Program-made: the position numbers and the translations under genes | In this document: positions 1 to 10,914 of the stretch, piece by piece | How the letters are laid out: every line of letters starts with the position of its first letter | How positions within the stretch are numbered: the stretch's first letter is position 1 | Notes under the pieces: generated by a model | What the model was told of the DNA's origin: nothing | Seen by the model: only the letters and a program-made list of their open reading frames with translations | Database searches by the model: none | Origin: Trichodelitschia bisporula | Lineage: Eukaryota | Assembly (NCBI GenBank): GCA_010356995.1 | Contig: ML996710.1 | Span: 216,455-253,910, forward strand | Length of the DNA stretch: 37,456 bases | Direction: 5' to 3'

Positions 1-689
1 ACATCCAGCTTGTCCGGCTTAGTGATCAGACCAATGGTCCGACGACCCTTTGGATCCATCTTCAGGGCCCTGTCCAGGATGGCTTGAGTGGCAAAGTCGT
101 TGCCCGCCGATACCACCGCCAAGATGATCGCTCGAGGATTTTCCATGTACTTCTGCACAAGTTTGGAAATGAGCTTAACATCATCCTCCGTCTGGTCCTT
201 TGTCGCCGAATGAATCAAGCCTGGCAGGTCAACCACAGTGAGGCGCGGCTGTCCCGGCCCCGCAATCTCGATCCGCAAGACATGTTCGGCAAAGGCACAC
301 CCCGGCCGTAGGCCCATCTGCGTGGTCGCCTGTCCGATGATACCCGGCAAGCCTTCGACGCCGTCAATCTTGGCGGACCAATTCTGCAAGCGCGTGCGTT
401 CGCCGGGGGCAAGGTTCGATTCTCCCGGGGTGATGGCCACCGAGGCTGAGGATGTGGTGGCGGGACGGAGGGAAACTTCGGTGGCGAAGCGGGTGCAGAG
501 GCCTTCTGAGCGGGGGAAGGGGATACCGGAGAGTGCTTCCAACACGCTCGATTTGCCGGCTGACTGGTCGCCGACGACGATGACCTGCGGAAGCGAGATC
601 ACCGAGCTCAGGCCTGCATGGCGGAGCTTGTCGATTTCGTCAAGGACTTTTTCGTGGGCAGGTGTAAGAACGGGGTTGAGGCGAGACAT
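1..689 (-). CDS. Dynamin-family (Mx-like) GTPase, N-terminal part; continues beyond the window's left edge
   Basis: Manual translation from ATG at 689 is open to base 1: MSRLNPVL...ISLPQVIVVGDQSAGKSSVLEALSGIPFPRSEGLCTRFATE...LTVVDLPGLIH...RTIGLITKPDKLD. This contains dynamin G1 (GDQSAGKS), G2 (T), G3 (DLPG) and G4 (TKPD) motifs. It is absent from the ORF track because there is no stop in the window. Confidence 0.95.
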   Translation of the reverse strand, partial: MSRLNPVLTPAHEKVLDEIDKLRHAGLSSVISLPQVIVVGDQSAGKSSVLEALSGIPFPRSEGLCTRFATEVSLRPATTSSASVAITPGESNLAPGERTRLQNWSAKIDGVEGLPGIIGQATTQMGLRPGCAFAEHVLRIEIAGPGQPRLTVVDLPGLIHSATKDQTEDDVKLISKLVQKYMENPRAIILAVVSAGNDFATQAILDRALKMDPKGRRTIGLITKPDKLD

Positions 690-708
690 ATCGATGGTGA
701 GGTTGGGT

Positions 709-798
709 TCTGGATGGGGTCGGAGTTCGATGAGATGAGACTCTGGACGGGGTCGGAGTTCGATGAGATGAGGCTCTGGATGGGCTCGAATTTCGATG
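709..798. repeat. 33-bp tandem repeat, about 2.7 copies, just upstream of the dynamin ATG
   Basis: TCTGGATGGGGTCGGAGTTCGATGAGATGAGAC (709-741), TCTGGACGGGGTCGGAGTTCGATGAGATGAGGC (742-774) and a partial third copy from 775. Confidence 0.9.
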
Positions 799-1788
799 GG
801 AGGAGATGGGTATAAACTACCAGACTTCTATGAAAGGGGAGAACACGCAGCAGACAGCAGAGTGGGACGGTTCGCATAGAGAACACTTCCATCGAAGATA
901 CTTCCCGCCATCTCGCCCCACCACCACACATCCCCGACCCAGAATTCCGTTTGCACCTAATTTGCGCCCCACTACATGCAGCCGTATATGTGTTTCATCC
1001 TCCGAACCCAGGGACCCGTTCCTACAGCGCCCATGCTCCATATTCCATGCCCGGCCCAAGCCCTCCGCGCGAGCCGCTCCTCCGTCGGCGAATAGGGCAC
1101 CTGTGCCACCACATCGACTGGGCGGCCACACGGCCTAGAGGACGCGCCACACGCCTTCCCGCCCTGTGCGGCCCGCAGCCGACCTGAGCCCAAGCGCCCC
1201 GTCTGTCTCACCCAAACGCGCGAACACGCAGCCGTGCGCGGCCGCGCGCCTATCCAGCCGTCCCAGCCTTACCGTATACCCATCCCATCCACTACCGCCC
1301 ATTTTACAAACAAAGCGGTCCACCGTATGTCGCACCCGCCTGCACCGCCCAGGTACACGACCATGTTTTCGCAGCGCGAGAACCCGGTTTGCATAGCCCG
1401 CGGGAGCCAGCCTTGCGGTGGTCAGTGCGCGGCGCGCTACGGTAGTTTTAGGCTAGGGGTACGGGCGCGGTCTGTGCTGCTAGGGGGTGGGGTTAAGCGG
1501 GGTTAAGCGGGGCTTAGCGTGGAGCGGGATGACGAAGCGCGGGGTAAGGCTGAATGTGTGGCGGGGTGGGGTGGCGAGGCTTTAGTAACTTCGCTGCTTG
1601 CTGCGAGCGGTGGAGGTTGAGGGCTGGGATATCGGTGGCGAAGGGCGGATCGTGAGGTAAGGTTAGGGGGCCTTAAGGGATTTGCGGGGGTGGATTAGAA
1701 ATGCGAGGTGCTGGTGGAGGATATAAATTAGGATTTGGGAGTAGAGATATGTGGCTAACTTCAGAATCTAACTACAGTACGCGCAAAC

Positions 1789-2760
1789 ATGACATTGAAG
1801 TACCTCATCACCGGCGCAACAGGCGGCCTCGGCGCCGGCGTCCTTTCCTACCTCGCGGCCAACAACCCGGCCTCGGACTTCGCTGCCGCATCGTCGCGCG
1901 AATCCAACCGCGCAGCGTTCGAGGCGCGCGGCATCGCCTTTCGCTTCGCCGACTATGACCGGCCAGAGACACTGCGGGCCGCATTCGCGGGCGTCGAGAA
2001 CCTGTTTTTCGTCAGTAGTAATACGTTCGACAACGAGCGGCGCACGCGGCAGCACCAGGCCGTCGTGGATGCAGCGGTGGAAGCGGGCGTGGGGCACGTA
2101 TGGTATACGAGTCTGGCGTTTGGTGGGTTCGGGAGTGATTCGAAGGTTGATGTGCAGGTGGCGCATTTGGCGACGGAGGATATGCTGAGACGGTGAGTTG
2201 AGTGCGGATGAGGTAGGCGTGAGGCTAACAGAGGCAGGTCTGGTATTAAGTTTACCACGGTGCGCGAGGGCGTATATGCGGAGGCGTGGCCGCTGTTTTT
2301 AAACTGGTATCCAGAAAGTGAGAGCGTGGTCCTGCCAGCGGATGGGCCGGTGGCATGGACGTCAAGGGAGGAGTTGGGGGAGGCGAATGCGAGGCTGATG
2401 ATGCGGGGTGGATTTGAGAATCAGGTTGTCTTGTTGACGGCGGGGGAGACGATTACTTTTGCGAAGGTTGTGGAAATCATCAATGCTGTGACGGGCCGGG
2501 GGGTTAAGTTTGAGATTGTGGATGCGGAGGAGTATGTCCGGCGCAATGGGACGGGTGATCAGGGCGGGAAGCCGGCGGCGTTTTTTGGGAAGATGGTTTC
2601 GTGGTTTGAGGGGATTGCGGCGGGGGATGCGGGGACGACGGATCCGCTGATGAAGGAGGTTTTGGGGCGGGAGCCGAAGGCTGGGAGCGAGGCTATTCGG
2701 GAGTTGCTCGTGGGGAGTCGGGGGGAGTATATTTGGCATCAGAACCATTTCAACCAGTAA
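1789..2760 (+). CDS. NmrA-like / atypical SDR NAD(P)-binding oxidoreductase; exons 1789-2192 and 2238-2760
   Basis: N-terminal Rossmann motif ITGATGGLG and family-typical segments DYDRPETLRAAFAGVENLFFVSS and HVWYTSL. A 45-nt intron at 2193-2237 (GTGAGT...GCTAAC...CAG) joins the two ORF-track pieces in frame (RSGIKFTTVREGVYAEAW). Confidence 0.92.
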
Positions 2761-2870
2761 AACGCTATTGCTTCATGGGCGACTGGCGGAAACGCGCACG
2801 TCCTGAGTTTCAGTTTTCTGACATCATAACCTTATGCTTGTGGAATAGATTGATGCTGAACATGCGACTC

Positions 2871-3124
2871 TGTCACTTGGGCCCAGAAATACCTTTTGCA
2901 GGCAACGGTACAGATCGAAGAACCTTCAGTTAAGTTGTATAGAAGTCCACAAAACTACGGTACAAATACTGCAATCCTCCATGCTTCGGGGTAGTTGCCT
3001 CGGGATCCTCGCGATCGACACCACCCCATGTAGAAATCGTGGCTCGATGTCATCAGCGGAAGCCATGAGGCATGAGTAGACACCTAGCCATGCGGCCCTC
3101 AGGACCCCGGAGGGTCCCGTGACA
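2871..3124. mobile_element. Candidate solo LTR (254 bp)
   Basis: Bounded by the 6-bp inverted repeat TGTCAC...GTGACA, giving TG...CA ends, and non-coding. The flanks GACTC/ACCTC match at only 3 of 5 bases, so target-site duplication support is weak. Confidence 0.3.
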
Positions 3125-3441
3125 ACCTCTACTGTACCTATCGCGCCGGAATGCGCCCGTCAGGATTCAACTGGGGCGGTAGTACCCCCCGCACTTTGAT
3201 GCGAGACTTCAGTTCCGCTCCCGCGTCCAGAAGGTCCGTTTTAATGCCGTCCTCAGCGACGTTTGACTCGGTATCGGCACATCCGGTTCCTCCACACGCT
3301 CAGAAATCATTCATGCCGGAGTAATATTTTATTGGATCGCACAGCTTGCATGCATATTATGAGCCCTAAAGAGGAGTCAGTGCCATAGCATAGGCGCCCA
3401 AGAAGAATCGATCATGGCCAGCCTTGCCCCTTTCAGTTCTT

Positions 3442-4260
3442 TTAATCTTTCATCCATGATTTTTGTCTGCTGTTCCAAGAACGCTTTAAACTCGACCAGT
3501 GGTGCCGACACTTCACGAAATTCGGCAAGCATTTCCTCCGCCCTTGCCGTTCTGGGATCTCCGTCCTGAAGTGTCCCTCGTCTGAAGTCAGCAATATGGC
3601 TTATGAAGTCGATGGCTTTTTTTCAGCTGCCCCGTGCCCAAGTACGTCCACGCGAGCAGCTCCCGTATAAAAAAAAACCCCACTCGTCCTCTTCGGTGGG
3701 GTGTGAATCGGCAATGCTCAAAGCGTTTACAAGCACAGCAATGGCTTCTTCGTCCAGACGATTGTTGTGACACCATAATCCGAGTTAGTACAGCCCATGT
3801 AGAACCTGTGGAGCGCCAGGTTCCTTAGTGACGCGAAGGGCCGCAACGACGCGTTCCTGAAGCTCGATTGCCTCACTTGTCCGTCTAGCAGTCGCTTGAA
3901 GAAGTGCGAGGTCTAACAGGACTTTCGGTCGGGTAGGGTCACCTTCTTGAAGAACCTCTTTAATCGGCGGAATACGCTCAAGAATTCCGGCTACCATGGC
4001 CGGGTTGTTGGTGGCTTCATACGCCTTCACGAGTAAGACATACGATCTCAAGCTTACTATATCGTCTTCATCCTTGCGTTTGCCATTCATGAAAATGGTT
4101 GCCCTAACCTTAAAAGCCATATCGCTTTGTCGGCTCTCCCAACCCTAAGGAACCCCTCAGCCAAAGATATCTGGACGCCCTGACTAAGCCTATCGCTATC
4201 TCCAAGGTCCATGCCACAAATGGATTCAAGAACTCTTAGGGCATGAGGAAGAGTGGGGTG
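3442..4260 (-). pseudogene. Degenerate TPR-repeat (kinesin-light-chain type, fungal NLR-like) gene fragment
   Basis: Successive TPR-like units SLAEGFLRVGRADKAIWLL, DLALLQATARRTSEAIELQERVVAALR, LGLWCHNNRLDEEAIAVL and LLAWTYLGTGQLKKAIDFISHIADFRRGTLQDGDPRT. They are broken by a frameshift near 4110, an in-frame TAA at 3785-3787 and shifts at the homopolymers A9 (3669-3677) and T7 (3617-3623). Confidence 0.7.
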
Positions 4261-4833
4261 AAGCAGAATTTAAAGAAGAACGGCGAGTGGGTTTTTAGAG
4301 AAAATGGTAAGAGCGAGTAGGTGTTACGAGGAAGGTGTACGAGGCAGGCGCACCGTGCCTGTATCTGGTATAGATTTCGGAAAGGCAGTGGCGCCGGTAC
4401 CAAGACTTTTACTGTGCAAACCGTGGAAGAGACGGCGCAAACTATGGAAGGAACGGCGGTTCGGGACGGTGGTTAGACCGTGTCTGCCTCTAGTGTAGAC
4501 TTCGGAAGAGATAGTGACGACCTTAACACTCCGGATGGGACGATAGTCGGACGATGTCAGCGTTCCGCGTGCAGATTTCAAAAGAGGTAGCGGTGATTTT
4601 GCAACTTTCTACTACGCACTCTCTGGAAGGGGCGGTGGATATCACTACTGTAGCGCGCGCCTAGTTTGGTTGGTTGAGGCCTCCGGCAACCCAGTTGCCC
4701 TCGAGGCTTGACACGACAACTTTGGAGGTGAGAGCACGCGAAGTATGTACAAGCGGAAATAAACGCACCTCAACAACATTACGACTACATAACGCATACT
4801 CCAGAGTGAACCGTCCTCACAACCATCGGAAGT

Positions 4834-5703
4834 TTAGTAGCACCGGACCCTCTTCATGATGCTCTTGTATTCCTCCGCCGCAGTAACCGCAGCATCCTCG
4901 AACGAGAGGGTACCAGCCTTAATTTCATGACGCATACGTGGCAAGAGCTTGCGACCTTTACGGTAACCAAGCAAGGAGAAGAACCACAGGATAAGCCAGT
5001 CTGGAGGGCGCATGTCGTCTCCGAAAATTTCTGGGTATACTCGAGCAATCCCCCCCATGTAGGCAACCTGGAGAGTGACATCGCCGTGTGGGTAACGTTT
5101 GTCGTGGGGAGCGTCAAATAGAAGGTGCATTAATCGTTATTTGTCAGCTGCGAGGCCTTCTGCGAGATGATATGACTAACCTCGTACATATTCCGCAGGC
5201 TCTAGAAAACCAGTCATACTGTTACCGTGCATCATCGGAGTCGAGGGAGAGGGATTCTAGCCCCAATAGCTGGCAGGACAGAGGTGCACAGTGGAGGCAA
5301 ACTCAAAATCCGGTGGCGGACAAAGCTGGAACCAGCCCTCGGAAGATGGGAGCATCAGGTTGCGGCCTGCCGAATCTTATAGCGCTTTGCTTCTGTACCC
5401 GCTGTCATGGAGAGTGCGGAGCGCTTCGTCTTGACTGGCACCGGAGATGGCGATTATGAAAATGATGATTCCAGCTCGATAACCGTAGCACTGCGCAGCA
5501 GCGTCTCCAAAAATGCAGGAATGAATTCCAGCCGCATTGAGAATGCGATGGGGTATGAGTTCAGGACGCTTCTCCAGTTCCCAGAATCTGGAAAAGGGAA
5601 GCATTAAGTCCTTCGTGATTTCCAGGTTCAGTTCCTCCATGACGATGATTGCCTGATGGAAGTAAGGATGGATGGGAAGAGCGTAAGGTACAGGTTTGCG
5701 CAC
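4834..5703 (-). pseudogene. Degenerate fungal hypothetical gene, possibly nucleotidyltransferase fold
   Basis: One frame reads ILNAAGIHSCIFGDAAAQCYGY...ALRTLHDSGY...*...STVHLCPASYWG* with in-frame stops TAA (5377-5379) and TAG (5257-5259). A GTTAGT/GCTGAC intron remnant follows, then the 4834-5130 ORF as a probable last exon. Confidence 0.5.
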
Positions 5704-6364
5704 AGGTTGACATTGATGTACTGTTTTGGTAATGACGTCTCCATCGGGCTGGGTGGCAGGTGGCTAGTGAGTGCTGGCGTGGTTGACCACATGTGGCTGA
5801 ACCTAGGTACTGAGAACTGTTAGGTGCCGGCCCGGCAACAGCACAGAGCAAGTGAGATGGCGAAAGTTAAGAGTTAAAGATGTGAACGACATTTCTAACT
5901 CTCTACTGTAGTTCCTAGACTGCCAGACTAAAGGTTGGATCGGAATAAACATCTCCCACAACCCGCCGTGCCCGCTCACATGTGATTTCACCTGCGCATT
6001 GCGTTTGCCGAAACGCGGGGAGGAAGAAAGGGTCTCCATCAGCCGCTTCCTCGCTCTATCATCAACATGCACTCCAGCAAATGAATACCATAGTAACCGG
6101 CCCTTGGTGCTTCTTGTTCTAGTATCCGGGCACTGCCTTGCCGTCATTCATACCACATATCGCCAGACGCAGCGAGCAACAGCAGCACAAAAGGAACAAG
6201 CACCGTCTAACACCAGTCAAGGTCATGACATGCTTCACGGGGCCAGTCCCAGGACTCACCATTGCCGTAACCGTCCACGTACACAGTCTTCCTCAAGCTG
6301 GCTCGGTACCTAGTCTTCAACTTGACCTCTTGTCATTAGTATGCTCACTTCTGCTCCGGTCCCA

Positions 6365-6430
6365 AAGCTACTAGTTGACCTTGCCTATCCTGCATCGAAG
6401 CTACTAGTTGTCCCTGCCTATCTAGCACCA
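6365..6430. repeat. 33-bp tandem duplication
   Basis: AAGCTACTAGTTGACCTTGCCTATCCTGCATCG followed by AAGCTACTAGTTGTCCCTGCCTATCTAGCACCA. Confidence 0.8.
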
Positions 6431-7970
6431 TGACACGTCGCGGTATTACGCTAACGAACCTTCCCTCTTAGAACCCCAAATCGTTCAGTCGGAGTGACCG
6501 TAGTACTAAGAACCGTCTTTAGTAGGCCGGCGGATACTTGCGCCCGTCAGACAACAAACATCGGCCTGTATAATGAAGTAAGTTCGCGTATCACGCATCT
6601 CCCGACAGCACTGGGACAAGAGGTCGGATTTGACTTTGTGGCGTGCAGGGCGCGTGCTTGAGCGGCGCATGCGCCGTGTGGGGCGGAGTGGGGACGCGCG
6701 GCGATCGCGGGCTGGTTCGATTGTGGGGTAGCTAGAGAAAGGGAAAGGATACTTTTCGATCCGCATCGTGGAGAGGTTGATATCGGGCTGGCATGTTGAT
6801 GGATGTGAAGGTGTGCTTGATGTTGGGAGAGTTGACGTGGTTCTGGTTACTGATGACCTGTGGTTGGTGACGCCGATCTGTTCGTGCATGTTACTATTTG
6901 ATGAATGCAGATCTCCCGTTGGTTCTACCCTATCCCACATGCAGGCATGGCAGGCTGTCAGCATTTACCGGTATGTTAAGATCGATAGAGTGCACTATTT
7001 TGCCCGGTAAGCAGCCGTGGATTCGGGCCGATTTGACCACCATTTTCCTTGCTCCTTGACAACCGGAACGCGAGGATAGGCTCTGTAAGAGTTTGCGCAT
7101 TGGCGCACACATCAAGCGATGGAACGAGGATCTTTCTCCGTACATAACAAGCATGCAAGAAGCGGAGCAGCGCCCTTGGCCTAAGGACCACTCGAAACAG
7201 CGAAGGATCCCCCCTAGAAAGTTGTGGCTGCATCTTCCCAAAGCTTCCGTAGAGTAAGAAGCAGAGACTTTAAGGGGTTATCCTTCGCTTTTTCGGGTGG
7301 CTCCAAGGGTGGGACGAAAAGTCGTAGCCGCTGTCTCCCTGAAAGTCTCTGCTTCTCATTCAGGGAAAATACTGGAAAGAGATAGCCACAACTTCTGTAG
7401 GACGCAGCCATGAACATTTCGCCATGCCCTTAGCCGGATTCTATTCTTGACTCGGCACTACAGTCCAGCAGCCGCCTTTCCTACCCGTCCTCACTCGGCC
7501 CAACCGGCCCTAACACCTTGCACACGCGACAAACAACGCCACCGTAGCCACACCAAGCTCCCATCGTCACGCCCAGCACTCCGCGCCTCGGCGCACCAGT
7601 TCACACCTCGCAGCGGCTTGCTCGCCCGTATCTTGGCGCTGCACCCCGCACTCGCGGCACAACGGCTGTGGGCACGACTAGCCGTAAGCAGTGAGGCGGC
7701 CGGGCGCCAAGGGTGGGGATGGCGATTCAAGGCGAACCCCGCGAGCGGGGCAGGGCGTGTGGGGAGGGGAATAGGGGGATCGGCTTATTAGTCGGGTGCT
7801 AGGCGGAGGCGGAGGAGGTTGGATATAAGGAAAGGGATGGGTGGTTGTGCTGGGTGTGATGCGTGTTGATCTTGGTTTTACTTGCTGAGACGAAGAGGGA
7901 GCGGAAGGCTTGAACCTTGATCACGAAGTTACTTTTGTTGCCCGTGTGGCCTACTGCACCTCTTTGTTGT

Positions 7971-8020
7971 TTCTCTCTCTCTCTCCCTCTCTCTCCCTTT
8001 CTCCCTCTCTCTCCCTCTCT
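7971..8020. repeat. Imperfect (CT)n microsatellite upstream of the MFS gene
   Basis: Pure pyrimidine CT/CCT tract about 35 bp before the MFS ATG. Confidence 0.85.
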
Positions 8021-8055
8021 GTTGCCATTGATGTGTGCAGCGAACAACTCAATCA

Positions 8056-9812
8056 ATGTATGAGGATAGACAGAAGGACGTGGCGGTGCACGATGAGGGG
8101 AAGGGGGCGGGGGTGGCGCATAGAGGCATCGCTGTGGCCGAGCGGGGTCAGGTCGCTACTGACAGGTGAGTTGCTGAGTCTCTTTTGCTGTCGATGCTCT
8201 CGCGTTATTCTCGTGCTGCTGGTTCTTCATCTCCTTCCCGCTTCTTCATCCTCTGTTCTTATCCTATCCTCATCTTCCCTCGTCTCTCCTCCCCCACCCC
8301 CCCTCTCAACCGCAACACAACTAACCCCCCATCGCACCCCCCAGATACGGCAACCCCCTCATCACCTTCGATCCACGCGCCGAATCCCGCCTTCGCCTCA
8401 AAATTGACCTCTACATCATCCCTACCGTCTCCCTCCTCTACCTCTTCTGCTTCATTGACCGCGCCAACATCGGCAACGCCCGCCTCGCAGGGTTCGAGAA
8501 AGACCTCGGACTCAAAGGCCTCGACTACAACCGCGTCCTTACCGTCTTCTACATCTCCTACATCATCTTCGAAGTCCCCAGCAATGCCTTGTGCAAAATC
8601 ATCGGGCCCGGGTGGTACATCCCCGCCATCTCGCTCGGTTTCGGCATCTGCTCCGTGGGCACCGCTTTCGTTCACAGCTTGTCCGCAGCGGCCGGCGTGC
8701 GCTTCTTGCTCGGTACGCTCCCATCCTGACCTTCTCTCCACCTTCTAACTAACCCCCCAGGCATCTTCGAAGCCGGCATGATGCCCGGCATCGCCTACTA
8801 CATGTCACGGTGGTACCGACGCTCCGAACTCGCCTTCCGCCTCTCGCTCTACATCGTCATGGCGCCGCTCGCCGGAGCCTTCGGCGGGCTGCTCGCAAGC
8901 GGGATCCTTAAGCTCGACCACTTCGGCACCCTGCACACCTGGCGCATGATCTTCGCCATCGAGGGCATCATCACCATCGGCCTCTCCCTCATCGCCTTCT
9001 GCACGCTGACCGACCACCCCGCAACCGCACGCTGGCTAACCCAGGACGAGAAAGACCTCGCCATCGCCCGAGTCAAAAGCGAACGCGTCGGCACAACCGA
9101 AATCCTCGACAAACTCGACACGCCCAAATTCCTTCGCGGCCTCTTCTCCCCCGTCACCCTCGGCACAGCCTTCATCTTCCTGCTGAACAACATCACAGTT
9201 CAGGGGCTCGCCTTCTTCCTCCCCACCATCGTCCGCACCATCTACCCCTCCCGCTCCGTTATCTCCCAGCAACTCCACACCGTCCCCCCTTACGTCGTCG
9301 GCGCTTTCTTCACGCTTCTCTTCCCTTACCTGTCGTGGCGGACTGATAACCGCTCCCGCTATTTCCTGCTCTCGGCCCCGCTGATGGTGGTCGGGTATAT
9401 CATTTTCCTGGCGACGGAGAACAAGGAGGCGCGCTATGGGGCCACTTTCCTCATCGGCGCCGGCGCCTTCTCCTTCGGCGCGCTGTGCAACGCCCAAGCT
9501 GCTGCCAACGTGGTGAGCGACACAGCGCGCAGCGCTGCCATCGGCGCCACCGTCATGTTCGGCAACGTCGGCGGCTTGATTAGCACGTGGAGCTTCCTCC
9601 CCTTCGACGCGCCGAACTATCACATTGGCAATGGGCTTAATCTCGCCACCAGCGCGACAACGTTCCTAGTTGCTCTGGCGCTGAGGGAGTGGATGCATAG
9701 CTCGAACGCGAATCGCGAAAGACGGAATGTGGATGTCGAGATTGAGGGGTTGACGCAGCAGCAGGTGCAGGATTTGGATTGGCAGCATCCGGCTTTTCGG
9801 TGGAAGCCGTAG
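8056..9812 (+). CDS. MFS transporter, anion:cation symporter (Dal5/Tna1 allantoate/nicotinate permease) family; exons 8056-8165, 8345-8712 and 8761-9812
   Basis: The spliced product reads MYEDRQKD...AERGQVATDRYGNPL...KIDLYIIPTVSLLYLFCFIDRANIGNARLAG...FEVPSN...RFLLGIFEAGMMPGIAYYMSRWYRRSELAFRL...WRMIFAIEGIIT. Introns 8166-8344 and 8713-8760 have canonical GT, CTAAC and AG signals. Confidence 0.93.
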
Positions 9813-10762
9813 AGGGGGCGGAGGGGGTGGGCGTGGAGGCTTGGGATGGGATACCTGTGTTTTATATGTTCATGAAGGTAGTCACCCACACCTGTGTTCG
9901 GGATATGTATCGGATAATCTCCTGACGTGGCTGATGACGGGCATCGCTTGTGATGCTGGGCTCGCGCTTCCCCTTCTGGTAGTATGTGATGTTGGGCGTG
10001 GTGTTGCAGTTTTGACGGAAAGTCAAATCGAGGGATATCTCAGCAACGAGGAGCGATATCGTCTTCGGAGGAGCCGGATATCGGATTTTTAAGACCAGAT
10101 TGCACGTCCATCTGACGCCTTCAAGGTTTATCTAGATCTCTAGGGAAGCATTGCGCACACACCAAAGACCTACCATACCGTGCCCAACCACCATCCACAT
10201 ACCCCCAAATCAACCACTCACACCTCGACAATTTCAGCCTCTCTAGCGGGCGCAGCGCGGCCAATCAATGCCTCGCTCTGAACGTCATGTCCAAATCCAT
10301 CCACACAAAGCTTGCGCCATCTTCCCGCCAGCACATTACGTCAAAGAGAGTGCCGAAATGCGCAGCTCGTAGCGGCGCATCTGCGAAGCTTATTTTTAAC
10401 TGGATTCAATGGCGCCGTGTGGGTGCATCGCGACCTGGAGTTTGGCGTCGGAAAAAAGGGGATGTGGACGTAGTGGGATTGGATGCCGCGGCTTGATATC
10501 GGAAGCGCGATGCATGAGTGAATGGGGAGGGATGAAGTTAAGAAGGTGGTGGATGGTTTGGGCTTGTTAAACGTTTCTAATGAGTTCGTTTTCGTAATGA
10601 TATGCCTTTGGCGCGTGGTATGGTTGGTGACGTTGTTTTGCCGTTGGATAATCGAGTTCCCATTGCGCAAGGAAAACCGCGATGCACGCCATCGGCATCC
10701 CGATTTCCCGACTTGATGTACGCATTCGACGCTGCCACTGGACACGGATGTACGATGGTACA

Positions 10763-10818
10763 TAAAGAGCAAAGAGCAAAAAGCAACAAGCAACAAGCAA
10801 CAAGCAAGAAGCAAGAAG
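10763..10818. repeat. 7-bp tandem repeat (AAGCAAC/AAGCAAG/AAAGAGC) downstream of tRNA-His
   Basis: aaagagc aaagagc aaaagcaac aagcaac aagcaac aagcaag aagcaag aag is visible directly in the sequence. Confidence 0.8.
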
Positions 10819-10828
10819 TAAAAAGATG

Positions 10829-10914
10829 TGGCTGTGCCTGGAATCGAACCAGGGTTTACACGGAACCGGCGAAGGAACCACAACGTGTTGTACTAACCAC
10901 TATACGACACAACC
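10829..10914 (-). tRNA. tRNA-His (GTG) with 14-nt intron (10864-10877)
   Basis: Reverse complement: GGTTGTG TC GTATAGTGGTTAGTAC A ACACG TTGTGG [intron] C CGTGT AAAC CCTGG TTCGATT CCAGG CACAGCC A. The acceptor, anticodon and T stems pair, A and B boxes are present, and a T5 Pol III terminator lies at 10820-10824. Confidence 0.95.

Noticed and set aside
238..738. 166-aa plus-strand ORF
   Set aside because: It is an antisense shadow of the dynamin gene.
1488..1519. GGGGTTAAGC repeats as interstitial telomere
   Set aside because: There are only two to three units and they are not TTAGGG; more likely G-rich promoter sequence.
4322..4528. TGTTA...TAACA-bounded 207-bp segment as a solo LTR
   Set aside because: The flanks GTAGG and CTCCG do not match, and a 5-bp inverted repeat can occur by chance.
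5800..7800. Short ORFs of 65-150 aa in this tract
   Set aside because: They have no motifs, splice structure or codon pattern like the intact genes.
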